From a virus, in IMG/VR virus record IMGVR_UViG_3300049893_000724, positions 64,001 to 128,000 of that record: a DNA stretch of 64,000 bases; one strand, given 5' to 3'. The position numbers and the translations under genes are program-made. Positions 43,234-52,622 of this stretch are shown in pieces. A model generated the notes under the pieces. The model was not told where the DNA came from. It searched no databases and saw only the letters and a program-made list of their open reading frames with translations. The number at the start of each line of letters is the position of its first letter. Position 1 is the first letter of the stretch.

Positions 43234-43671
43234 TTACCCCAGTCCAGCGTTAAATCTCATAAACTCAATTGCATTCTTGATTTGATACGTTCTATTTTGA
43301 ATCATTTTTAAAATGCTTTCAATATAAACAAGCATCGTATCGTAATAATCAATCTTCAAACACACTGTTGAAAGTTTTTCATCGGCATCAAGGTACTTTT
43401 GCATTGTATCTTTATCACGAATCTTTTTTGGAAAGGGATCTTCTACATAAGTTTCTGGATCTGCTTTTCCAGAATAGTATTCGTACCTTTCGTGGCGAAT
43501 ATTTTTTCTCTGTTGCTCTGCTTTCTTTCTTAGAAGAAAAATGGTATTATATAAATCAAAGTATTTTGCATGAAGAACTGGGATATTTGTAGATTCTGTA
43601 TGGAGATTGTCCATATCTATTTTTGAATCTTTTTCCCACATTTCTTGAATAGTATCAAGATCAATACTCAT
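43234..43671 (-). CDS. uvsY: Recombination mediator UvsY
   Basis: WEKDSKID, HAKY, RTYQIKNAIEF; T4 synteny. Confidence 0.9.
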   Translation of the reverse strand: MSIDLDTIQEMWEKDSKIDMDNLHTESTNIPVLHAKYFDLYNTIFLLRKKAEQQRKNIRHERYEYYSGKADPETYVEDPFPKKIRDKDTMQKYLDADEKLSTVCLKIDYYDTMLVYIESILKMIQNRTYQIKNAIEFMRFNAGLG

Positions 43672-44222
43672 AAGGGATTGCCGGAAAGATCAGTTATATT
43701 GTAAATAGTATACTTGAAAGCAACGTCTGCTGTAAAGTATTGAATATCTGTTTGTGTTGCATCAAATGTAAGTGTCCCCAAACTATATGGAAAAAGATCT
43801 TTAAATTGAACTTGAAAGTTTGGTATTTGACTACTAGTTAAAATTTGGAGAGTCCCATCTGAATAAATGTTCAGACCCTTTTGAACATAGTTTGCTCCAC
43901 CATAAGCATCAGAATCATTTAACTCTGCAAATTGACTTAGTTTTTCTGGATATCCTAGACCACGAATCCAATTTTGAATTGCATTATAATTTTCTAAATT
44001 TTCATCAACAATAAATCTAAGATTCAAATCCCCAAAAATAATCTTGTCGCCTGGAATATCAATATCTTTTAGATATGTGGGTTGATTTGCAATTCCCAAT
44101 GTCAATTCTGGTATGTTTGCCTCATTGGCAAAAAATGAAACTTTAGGAAATCTAGTTAATGTAAATTTAAATCCTGTTGGCGATAGAAAATTTCTATTCT
44201 CTATCTGAGATGCTTTTGCCAT
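43668..44222 (-). CDS. gp3: Tail completion / tube terminator protein
   Basis: NRNFLSPTGFKF...FGDLNLRFIVDENLENY; position after gp23. Confidence 0.75.
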   Translation of the reverse strand: MAKASQIENRNFLSPTGFKFTLTRFPKVSFFANEANIPELTLGIANQPTYLKDIDIPGDKIIFGDLNLRFIVDENLENYNAIQNWIRGLGYPEKLSQFAELNDSDAYGGANYVQKGLNIYSDGTLQILTSSQIPNFQVQFKDLFPYSLGTLTFDATQTDIQYFTADVAFKYTIYNITDLSGNPL

Positions 44223-44243
44223 CTTTTTTTAAATATTTAGAAT

Positions 44244-44269
44244 AAAAAAGGGACCCTCTAGGGGTCCCT
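44244..44269 (-). terminator. Terminator after the major capsid gene
   Basis: AGGGACCCC-TAGA-GGGTCCCTTTTTT. Confidence 0.75.
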
Positions 44270-44289
44270 GAAAATTTATGTGAAATGGA

Positions 44290-45726
44290 TCACATGAGGT
44301 TCTTAACAGCAACTCTTCTGTAGTAACGGTTTGCGTCGAGGCGCAGTCTACCGAGACCCTGAGTTGTGCCTTCAGCGAATGGGTTAGCAACAAGACCATA
44401 ACGGGTCTTAAAGCCAATCTTTGGCTGGAAGCTGTTCTCACCAACGGCACGTACCATTTGGAGAGGAACATATGGGCAGTAGAAGAGACCTGCGTCATAA
44501 GGAGATGAACCCTTATAACCAACAACATAATACTGGTTACCTGGGGTTGCGTTAGCAGAGGTCAGGTTAGCAGCATATGGATCGATGTATACGCGGAACT
44601 TACCTAGCAGAGTACCTGCGAAGGTGTTACCGGTGTCATCAACATTCAGGTTAGCGTTGAGTGCTGGGGTGTAATCCAGAACACCAGCCATGGTTAGAGC
44701 GGAAGCAACGTCTGCAGAGCAGAGGATGATGTTGCCCTTTCCACGACGAGTTCTCTGAGCGATTGCGTTTGCATCACGCTCAATCTGGAACAGGAGACCC
44801 TTGAACTTCTCAACTGACCAACGACCATTGGAGTCGATGTCGAGGTCGAAGATACCAGGAGTTGCAACGTTCTGTACAGCACCTTGCTCAGCAACCTTGT
44901 AGATGGTTCTGATAACTTCGCGGTTGATTTCAGCAAGAATCTCAGTTGAGAGAATGTTTGCTAATTCTGCTTCAGCATTCAGACCGTGGATTGCCTTGAG
45001 GTCCTGAGCGAGTTCTAGTGAATACTCAGCCTTCAGAGCGCGTGACTTTGCAGTAACGGTAACTTTCTCGATGCTGAATGCCATCTGGTTGAAAGCATCA
45101 GTGGTGCTTCCATCAAGATTTTCAGCGTCGCCAGTTGCCATACCCTGACCAACGTTATATGGTGAGGGGTTGGTGGTTGCAGTACCAACTGGGTTTAGAA
45201 CTGATGGGTTGGTGCCGCTCTGTGCGGTTGTACCGAAACCAACAGGACCATCCGAATAACCAGCGGTCTCGTCGAATCCAGCATCGTTTCCAGAGAATGC
45301 TGAATCTACTTCGTTATAGAAGGTTTCAGCACCAGTCTGTGACTGATAACGTGAACGCATTGCGAAGATGAGTCCAGTAGGACCGCTCATTGGTTGAACG
45401 CCAGCGAGGTCATAAGCGACCAAGTTTGGCATTGAACGACGGATTAGGCTGATTAGAACTGGGTCGAAACCTGCAGTTGGACCACCAGCAGCGGATGTGC
45501 CACCGAAACCGCCTGAACCACCAGCTGAGTTTGCGCTGTTGGTTGGTGACTCGGTAAGCATACCCATTGAGCCGCTCTCAAAAGAAGCTTGCTCTCTTAG
45601 GAATTTTTCTTGGTTCTCTAACAGGACAGCGGTTACCGCTCTACGATGCGAATCTTTGATTGAATCAAGACCCTCATAGTTGAGGATAGGAGCCCACTTT
45701 TCCTGCAATTGTTCGGAATGGAACAT
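44290..45726 (-). CDS. gp23: Major capsid protein
   Basis: DPVLISLIRRSMPNL, VQPMSGPTGLIFAMR, FYCPYVPLQM, KTRYG. Confidence 0.98.
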   Translation of the reverse strand: MFHSEQLQEKWAPILNYEGLDSIKDSHRRAVTAVLLENQEKFLREQASFESGSMGMLTESPTNSANSAGGSGGFGGTSAAGGPTAGFDPVLISLIRRSMPNLVAYDLAGVQPMSGPTGLIFAMRSRYQSQTGAETFYNEVDSAFSGNDAGFDETAGYSDGPVGFGTTAQSGTNPSVLNPVGTATTNPSPYNVGQGMATGDAENLDGSTTDAFNQMAFSIEKVTVTAKSRALKAEYSLELAQDLKAIHGLNAEAELANILSTEILAEINREVIRTIYKVAEQGAVQNVATPGIFDLDIDSNGRWSVEKFKGLLFQIERDANAIAQRTRRGKGNIILCSADVASALTMAGVLDYTPALNANLNVDDTGNTFAGTLLGKFRVYIDPYAANLTSANATPGNQYYVVGYKGSSPYDAGLFYCPYVPLQMVRAVGENSFQPKIGFKTRYGLVANPFAEGTTQGLGRLRLDANRYYRRVAVKNLM

Positions 45727-45775
45727 TTGCGTTTACCTTTTGTAAGTGAATGTTTGGGTTTGACTAATATTGAAT

Positions 45776-46948
45776 TCAGTTTTTAGCAACTGCCTTCAGG
45801 GTCTGAAGGTAAGCAGCCATTGTTCCTGAGATTGACTCAGGTGCATTGTCTACCTGTTCAGACAGACTTTCGGATTTTGCTTTTGGAGCTTTCTGTGCTG
45901 AGAAGTATGACTCCTTCAGCATCTCCAGTTTTTCACGATATTGATCTTCACTTTCAAACTCAACACTTTCGGCAAGTGAAGCGAGCTTGTCTTTCTGAGT
46001 AGCAGCGAGGCCCTCAGAGACTTTTTCAAAGATTCCTTCGGCAACCGACTCTGCGAGACGCTTGTTTAGGGAAACGTTCTTCTCAATTTGCTCGTTGAGT
46101 TTTGTTTCCATATCATCAAGTTTTTCTACCATGCTCTCAAGAACATCATATTTATCTTCAGGGATTGATACATAATGTGCTTCAAAAAGTTCCTTCATTC
46201 CTGAGAGGAATGATTCGGTCATTTCGGTCTTAAGACCATTTTCAATAACGAGTGCATTTTCTTGCATCCACTCGTCGGCAACATACTCTAGGTATGCATC
46301 TACACGCTCAGCAAGTTGAGATTTGATTTCTTCAACTTCCTCAGCAAGAGCAGCAGCATACTGCTCTTCAATGGTTTCTTTAATTTCAGAAACCTTGGAA
46401 CGAAGAGCAGCTTCGAAGATGGTACGTGCCTTTTCTTGGAACTCTTCGGAGAGTTCTTCGCCAGATAGAAGAGCATTTACATCCTCTTCAATATCAAAGG
46501 ACTCTTCCATTTCCTCTTCTTCTTCCTCTTCCTCTTCTTCCTCTTCTTCTTTCTTACCTTTCTTCTTACCGCCCTCTTCTTCCTCTTCTTCTTTAGCTTC
46601 TGCTACAACTTCTTCCTCTTCCTCATCAGTTTCTTCTAAGAGTTCTTCATCTTCTTCATAATCTTCTTTTACGCCACCAGGCATTGGCATTGCAGGCTTA
46701 GCACCTTTATTTACAACATCCTTTACTTGCTTAAGAGTGCCACCGGGGGTCTTCAGCTTTGCTGAGTCATCATCTGGACGATAGTTAGAAGGATCAGGAC
46801 CACCTAGATCTTCCCAACTTGCGGTCTGACCTGGGGTTGAACCTGAAAGACTTGGCATCGCATCTGCTGCTTTTGCATTTGCATTAACAGCAGTTTTGGA
46901 TTGCTTAGTGCCTACTTCCATTTCTTGTAATTGTTTACCACGAGACAT
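45776..46948 (-). CDS. gp22: Prohead core scaffold protein
   Basis: Acidic coiled coil, FEAA, YVADEWM.EN; synteny gp21-gp22-gp23. Confidence 0.92.
   Translation of the reverse strand: MSRGKQLQEMEVGTKQSKTAVNANAKAADAMPSLSGSTPGQTASWEDLGGPDPSNYRPDDDSAKLKTPGGTLKQVKDVVNKGAKPAMPMPGGVKEDYEEDEELLEETDEEEEEVVAEAKEEEEEEGGKKKGKKEEEEEEEEEEEEEMEESFDIEEDVNALLSGEELSEEFQEKARTIFEAALRSKVSEIKETIEEQYAAALAEEVEEIKSQLAERVDAYLEYVADEWMQENALVIENGLKTEMTESFLSGMKELFEAHYVSIPEDKYDVLESMVEKLDDMETKLNEQIEKNVSLNKRLAESVAEGIFEKVSEGLAATQKDKLASLAESVEFESEDQYREKLEMLKESYFSAQKAPKAKSESLSEQVDNAPESISGTMAAYLQTLKAVAKN
46500..46665. repeat. Poly-Glu coding microsatellite in gp22 (GAA/GAG runs)
   Basis: TCTTCC/TCTTCT repeats on the plus strand encoding EEEEEE tracts. 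Confidence 0.8.
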
Positions 46949-46984
46949 TTGAACTCTCCGATTTTCCTGTATGAAATCTATATT

Positions 46985-46992
46985 TATTTATA
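46985..46992 (-). promoter_or_regulatory. T4-type late promoter (gp22)
   Basis: TATAAATA. Confidence 0.75.
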
Positions 46993-47002
46993 AATTAAGA
47001 AA

Positions 47003-47653
47003 TTACAATGAGTTGATAAACTCATTGAATAGTGATAACTTGTATTCTTCAAGAATACCTTGATCAACTAGAGTATTTATACTACGTTTAGCGTGCTCTG
47101 CTGCCTTTTCCTTCAAAATGCCACCATCCCACACCCATTCTTTACCTTCCATAATTCCCTGAACAAAAGCATCAGGAGCTGAAGGATCTGCTACAATATC
47201 AGCGGCAGTTGCTAGCATAAAATCTTCACCAACTTCAGCATATCCTTCATTGTTTTGTTTTACTGAACCAATACCACGAGAGGAAACGCCAAGAGTAACT
47301 CCTTCTTTTAGAAGTGATTCGGCAATCTTACCCATTGGGGTAGAAAGAATTTGTGCCTTACCAATAAAGTTGTTACCCTCTCTTTGAAGAGAAACAATTT
47401 TATGAGAAACGCGATCAAGGTTTACTGTTGGGCCATCTGGATGTCCAAGTTCACCAAGAGCACGACCTTTGTTTACATACTGCTCGGTGTAACGCTTTAC
47501 CTCTCTTTCCATAACAGGCATACGATACATTCTACCGTTACGGTTCACCACTTCAGTTTGAAGGAAAGGTCCTTGAATATAGAGAGTTTTTTTGCCGTTT
47601 ACACTTTCAGTAATAACTTCTACTGCTTCGATTTCTTCGGTAATGAGTTTCAT
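47003..47653 (-). CDS. gp21: Prohead protease
   Basis: GELGHP, VSSRGIGS, DIVADPSAPDAFV. Confidence 0.96.
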   Translation of the reverse strand: MKLITEEIEAVEVITESVNGKKTLYIQGPFLQTEVVNRNGRMYRMPVMEREVKRYTEQYVNKGRALGELGHPDGPTVNLDRVSHKIVSLQREGNNFIGKAQILSTPMGKIAESLLKEGVTLGVSSRGIGSVKQNNEGYAEVGEDFMLATAADIVADPSAPDAFVQGIMEGKEWVWDGGILKEKAAEHAKRSINTLVDQGILEEYKLSLFNEFINSL

Positions 47654-48201
47654 TATGCTTGCCCCGAGACTTGTACTTGTTGATAATATAAAGTTCCTGA
47701 ACCAGCACCAAAAACTGATACTTTGTTTGATGCAGCTACGGATGCTTCTGATGCAAATGCTGTTACAATTCCAGCACTGTTATAATCAACAGTCATTCTT
47801 GTTTGATAATATCCACCAACATTTGAAGTGGTGTCAACAGAAATAACTCTTTGATGAGTAAAGTTGTAATAAGTCTGCCCCGATACTGACAGAGTTACAT
47901 AATCACCCACACCAAATGGAACTTGAGTTCCTTCTGGTACAGTGACGATGGTTGTAGTTCCCGTTGTTACACCAACAACTCTATTGGATGCTTTTGTTAA
48001 AGCAAGGGTTGCAGTTTCTCCAGAAGGAACATAGTAATCTGTTGCTGTTGCTGATGGAGTTGCTCCAACTGCAACGAAAGCAGCACCACCAACAGCAACC
48101 ACCCTCAGAACACTTGATTGTACTGTAAATGCTGATGAAGTTGTTGCAGTACCTGCAGTAAATGTAAATGAGGACCCTGCCCCAACTGGTCTATGAGCCA
48201 T
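47653..48201 (-). CDS. Putative virion structural protein
   Basis: 182 aa, T/V/A-rich beta character; late promoter TATAAATA at 48226-48233. Confidence 0.7.
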   Translation of the reverse strand: MAHRPVGAGSSFTFTAGTATTSSAFTVQSSVLRVVAVGGAAFVAVGATPSATATDYYVPSGETATLALTKASNRVVGVTTGTTTIVTVPEGTQVPFGVGDYVTLSVSGQTYYNFTHQRVISVDTTSNVGGYYQTRMTVDYNSAGIVTAFASEASVAASNKVSVFGAGSGTLYYQQVQVSGQA

Positions 48202-48263
48202 TATTTTATTAGATACACTTTTAGTTATTTATAATTTTGAATTTATTTTATTTTACTAACCCT

Positions 48264-51200
48264 TTATGCAAGTGTTATATTTGCCGATCTTAGAATTCCA
48301 TCAGTGCCTCTAACTTTAATTCTTAAATTAGTATTACTTGTGAGTTCAAAACTCATTTGAGAATTGCTTGGTGGGGTAGATGTATTTGCAAGTCCAACTG
48401 TTGTAATTCCTGAAATTATAGTTCCACCAGTTGGGTCTATTTGAACTCCTACATATCCACTTGCTGCAGTTGCATCATCTTCTCTAAAAATTCTAAATGT
48501 ATTTGAAGATGAATAGTTGTCAATATTCCAACGATAAGAAGAACTTGGTTGCCCTCTTAAAATAACTCTATTGTTTGAACTACTATCTTGATGAACCTGA
48601 ACTTTACCAAGAACTGATAATGTTTCTGTTGGATTTGTGGTTGCTATACCAACTCTATTGTTTGTAGCATCAACCGTTAATGTTCCACCATTTACTCTTA
48701 AATCACTAGTAACTGTAGTAACACCCGTTATATTGAGAGCAGTGAATGTTGGATTTGTAATCCATTTTGCACCACTCGAAACTCCAGTATTTGATAAAAC
48801 TGAATTAGGAGATCCTATGGTATGGGTGCTGTCATACAGTCCATCGTGGAAATGAACAGAGGTGTGAACATCTAAACCATATGCTGGAAGTGTGGTTCCA
48901 ATACCAACATTACCAGTTGTACCTCTAACAGTTATTCTTGTAACTGGTGAGTTTGATGCACTTCCTGTTGCAATACGAACATCCTTCGCGTCATCAGTAC
49001 CAAGAGAAAGACTGCCTGCGGATGCATAAAGATAAGTACCATTTGGATCGTCCCAGACACTGCTACCAACAAATCCAGAAGCATTGATACCAAAGTCTCC
49101 ATAATAACTATTAGCACCTCCACTATCATTAGCAACAATAAAGTCAGTTGATGCTTGAGTTCCTGAATTTTTATTTTGGAAAATGATCTGAGCATAACCA
49201 TTAACATTATGATCAAAGTTTGCAACTAAATCAGTATCATTAAATCCAAGTTGTCCAACACTAAACAAACCATTTTTGTTTGGATTGGAATAAACTGTTC
49301 CAGTTACACTTAATGATGGGGTTTGTGCTGCGTTATTTGCAGTGACAATTGTACGAGCCGCAGTAAGAACAGTGGTGATATGAGCAGCATCATTTACGAC
49401 TAAAGCAGTATTTGGACCACCAACTACTACAGTATTAGTAGTTCCGAAAGTACTTACGCCAGTAACTCTTACATTATCATTAACAACTAATGCAGTATTT
49501 GGACCACCAACAACAACTGTTCTTCCCGCAGCATCTGTAAAAGTAGAGACACCAACACTCATTCCAATAGATGAGGTATTACCATATCCAAGAGTGGTAT
49601 TAAGATTCTGAGTTCCTGCACCTGTCGCAGTAATCGTCACATTACCTGTATTTTGATTGACTGAAATACCAGAACCAGCAGTAATATAAGTAACGATACC
49701 AGTTAAGTTAGAACCAGAACCACTAAATGAATTTGCGGTTACAATACCAGTAAAACTTGCACCATCACTACCAATAAATCCACCACCAACTCTTAAATCC
49801 TTTGCAATATATCCACCACCAGCAACTTGAAGTGCTCCGCTACCAACTCCACTTGTATTATCCGTGTTTGTGATGATCGTGGGGGCAGCACTTGTTACAA
49901 GAGCAGTAAAAGGATCAATCTGGAATAGTGTTCCAATACCAGAAAGAATTTTAAAACCACCACGACTTAATTGTAGATACTGATTTGTATTACTAATTGC
50001 AACACCATCAGTTAATGGGTCCGTATCAGCAATTGTAAGAGTACCGGCAGAAATTACGATATCTTTAAATGGAAATGCGGAAGTACCTAAACTTATTCTT
50101 GATGGAATTGTTGGTACAATACTTGTACTAAGTCCAATAAAAGTATTTCCTACTCCACTTAAAGTGGTTACCGAAGCAACACCAACAGAGAATCCACGAC
50201 TTGAGGTATTACCATACCCCAAAGTTTGATCGAGAGTTTGTGTAGTTGAACCAGTGCCTGCAACTACCCCCGCGATTTGTTGAATAGTTACAATTGCAGA
50301 AGGAATTGCTGGAATATTGACTGATATTGGTGGATTTCCAACGGAAGTTATTACTCCACCGCTGGAGAGAAGTTGCATATTTGCATCATCGGACATCCAT
50401 TTATATTCAATATAATCACCAGCGATCATATCAATGATAAAGTTCCAAGCCGCAACATTTTCAGCGTTCGTTCCTTGAACTGCAATAGTTGTATTTGTAT
50501 CTGGTAAATCGACTCCATTTTTACTTAACCAAATCCAAATATTTCCCGTAGCACCAGATGCTTTATCCAACTGAAGAGAAAATTGGGTGTTATAAACTCC
50601 AGCGTATTCTGCAACTATTTTTGACCCATTTTGAATATTAAATCCATTTGAGGCTGCAGTGGAATTGAGTTTTACAACACTAGTGCTTGCAATACCTGTT
50701 GCTTGTGTTGTTGTATCATAAAAACTTCCATAATATCCGATGTTCGTCGTACCAATTCCAGTTGCACTGATAGTAACTGTTCCAATTCCATTGGAAGGAG
50801 AAATTGTAATACCAGTTCCTGCAATAATTTGATTTACAATTGTAGGTTTATTCAGGATTGAAGAAACACCAACGGTAGCATTCCAGTCACTGTTTACTTG
50901 TACACCTGCCCCTGTAACATTAGTAAATTCTGCAGTATTCGTAGTCGAGTTCCACTGCAAATACTTGCCATCATAAGCACCTGGATTTGTTGCAACACCA
51001 ATAACATCGTCCAAAAATCTTAAACGAGTTTCACCACCACCACCAAGAGTGGCAAGTTGCTGTTGAATGCGATTGATGAATAAACGATAATGTTCTTGAA
51101 GTTGATCTAGGGTTACAAAGTTTTGATTGAGAGGTGTAAGAGGATCTGAACTTTTTTCATCTGGAGGAATATTCAGAAGTCCTTCTTTAATAACTTCTCT

Positions 51201-52373
51201 TACAAGAACTTCTGGTTCAATCTTTGAATAAGTCTCTTTGATATAATCAATTTTCTTTTCAAGACGATTTAAATTTTCTTGAAGATTTCCTACGGGAAGT
51301 TTTTCAATTTCACTAAAAACTTCTTCCTTAAGAACTTCAATGTCTTGATGGTGATTTTGAATATATCTTTCAACAACTTCTAAATCTTTTTTAGTCTCGC
51401 TAGATTGATTTGCAACATCTTCATATTGAGACTTTAATTCACCAATATTAGTTTGAACTTCTTTAATACTTTCATTGAGAGAAGGAATTGTATTAAGTTT
51501 TTCGGAAAACTCTTGGATTAATTTCTCAGTATCTTTATTGTGCTTTTCAAAAACTACAACATCTGCCTTAATATCTAATATTTCTGAGGAAATATGATCT
51601 TTAAAACTACCAATATCTTCATTGAAATTATCAAGTTTGCCATCTAAACTTAAAGAAATAACACCAAACTTATCTTCAATAGTCTGAAGATTGGATGTAT
51701 TATCCTCTTGAATAGAATTCTCTAGATTTAAAAATGCTTCGTAAAGAGACTGAATAACTTTTGAGTATTCTTCTAATTGTTCGTTCTCTTTTGATATTCT
51801 ACTTTCAACAATTTTTGAAAGTTTATTATAAGTATTGACTGTATCTTTTACTTCTGTTGAGGTTTCTTTAAGTCTTTGATCAAAAAATTCTAAATTCTCA
51901 TCAATTGCAAAAGCAATATTTTCAATTTTAGAATCAATATCCTCTCTGATCTCTACAATATTCTCTGATACAACTTCTTTGAGTTGATCAAACTTGTCGC
52001 CAATACGCAGTTCATTATTAGTAATTTGTTTTTTATATTTTGGAAATTCATTTTCAACTAAATTTCCAATAATATTCGTGAGTTCTGTTACTTTATCTTT
52101 GAATTCACGAATATCTTTTTTATTTGATTGCTTAAATTCTTTTTGCAGGTAATCAAAATTTTCCTGCATTGTGTTGATTTGAGAAAGTACTAAACTTTCC
52201 AAATCATTCTTAACTACTTTTTGAGAAAGTTCCTGTTGTAGTTGAACAACTTGTTCAGATAAACTTTCTACCTTAGATAATTCATCACGCAGAGAGTTAT
52301 CAGATTCAACAACGGGGAGGTTGCTGTCCTCTTCTTTTTTACCAAAAAAATCTGATGGTTTCTTGAGTGCCAC
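48264..52373 (-). CDS. 1369-aa coiled-coil + fiber-like protein
   Basis: N-terminal ~440 aa acidic coiled coil; GGGGE hinge; G/T/S-rich repeats and fiber-like GNVGIGTT motifs. Confidence 0.8.
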   Translation of the reverse strand: MALKKPSDFFGKKEEDSNLPVVESDNSLRDELSKVESLSEQVVQLQQELSQKVVKNDLESLVLSQINTMQENFDYLQKEFKQSNKKDIREFKDKVTELTNIIGNLVENEFPKYKKQITNNELRIGDKFDQLKEVVSENIVEIREDIDSKIENIAFAIDENLEFFDQRLKETSTEVKDTVNTYNKLSKIVESRISKENEQLEEYSKVIQSLYEAFLNLENSIQEDNTSNLQTIEDKFGVISLSLDGKLDNFNEDIGSFKDHISSEILDIKADVVVFEKHNKDTEKLIQEFSEKLNTIPSLNESIKEVQTNIGELKSQYEDVANQSSETKKDLEVVERYIQNHHQDIEVLKEEVFSEIEKLPVGNLQENLNRLEKKIDYIKETYSKIEPEVLVREVIKEGLLNIPPDEKSSDPLTPLNQNFVTLDQLQEHYRLFINRIQQQLATLGGGGETRLRFLDDVIGVATNPGAYDGKYLQWNSTTNTAEFTNVTGAGVQVNSDWNATVGVSSILNKPTIVNQIIAGTGITISPSNGIGTVTISATGIGTTNIGYYGSFYDTTTQATGIASTSVVKLNSTAASNGFNIQNGSKIVAEYAGVYNTQFSLQLDKASGATGNIWIWLSKNGVDLPDTNTTIAVQGTNAENVAAWNFIIDMIAGDYIEYKWMSDDANMQLLSSGGVITSVGNPPISVNIPAIPSAIVTIQQIAGVVAGTGSTTQTLDQTLGYGNTSSRGFSVGVASVTTLSGVGNTFIGLSTSIVPTIPSRISLGTSAFPFKDIVISAGTLTIADTDPLTDGVAISNTNQYLQLSRGGFKILSGIGTLFQIDPFTALVTSAAPTIITNTDNTSGVGSGALQVAGGGYIAKDLRVGGGFIGSDGASFTGIVTANSFSGSGSNLTGIVTYITAGSGISVNQNTGNVTITATGAGTQNLNTTLGYGNTSSIGMSVGVSTFTDAAGRTVVVGGPNTALVVNDNVRVTGVSTFGTTNTVVVGGPNTALVVNDAAHITTVLTAARTIVTANNAAQTPSLSVTGTVYSNPNKNGLFSVGQLGFNDTDLVANFDHNVNGYAQIIFQNKNSGTQASTDFIVANDSGGANSYYGDFGINASGFVGSSVWDDPNGTYLYASAGSLSLGTDDAKDVRIATGSASNSPVTRITVRGTTGNVGIGTTLPAYGLDVHTSVHFHDGLYDSTHTIGSPNSVLSNTGVSSGAKWITNPTFTALNITGVTTVTSDLRVNGGTLTVDATNNRVGIATTNPTETLSVLGKVQVHQDSSSNNRVILRGQPSSSYRWNIDNYSSSNTFRIFREDDATAASGYVGVQIDPTGGTIISGITTVGLANTSTPPSNSQMSFELTSNTNLRIKVRGTDGILRSANITLA

Positions 52374-52429
52374 TTATATCTTTCAAAAATTTCTATAACA
52401 ATATTTATTTTACCAACAAATACGATATA

Positions 52430-52594
52430 TCAACTATCTTCAGTTCCTAAACTTCCAGCAAAAACTGATGAGGCTACTTCTGGACGTGCCATATCAATTT
52501 TTTCTGCAGATTTTGCAAAAAGAAGTTCCTTAATTTTATCGCTGATCTGAGAAGGAGATTCGTCAGATGCAATCATATCTAAAAGGTCATCCAT
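52430..52594 (-). CDS. 54-aa prohead-region protein
   Basis: MDDLLDMIASDESPSQISDKIKELLFAKSAEKIDMARPEVASSVFAGSLGTEDS*; late promoter at 52620-52627; sits where T4 has gp67. Confidence 0.6.
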   Translation of the reverse strand: MDDLLDMIASDESPSQISDKIKELLFAKSAEKIDMARPEVASSVFAGSLGTEDS

Positions 52595-52622
52595 TTTTAA
52601 TACCTAAGTAATTTTTCTCTAT

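Noticed and set aside
46500-46665. Poly-Glu repeat in gp22 as a novel element
   Set aside because: Acidic low-complexity tracts are expected in T4-type scaffold proteins
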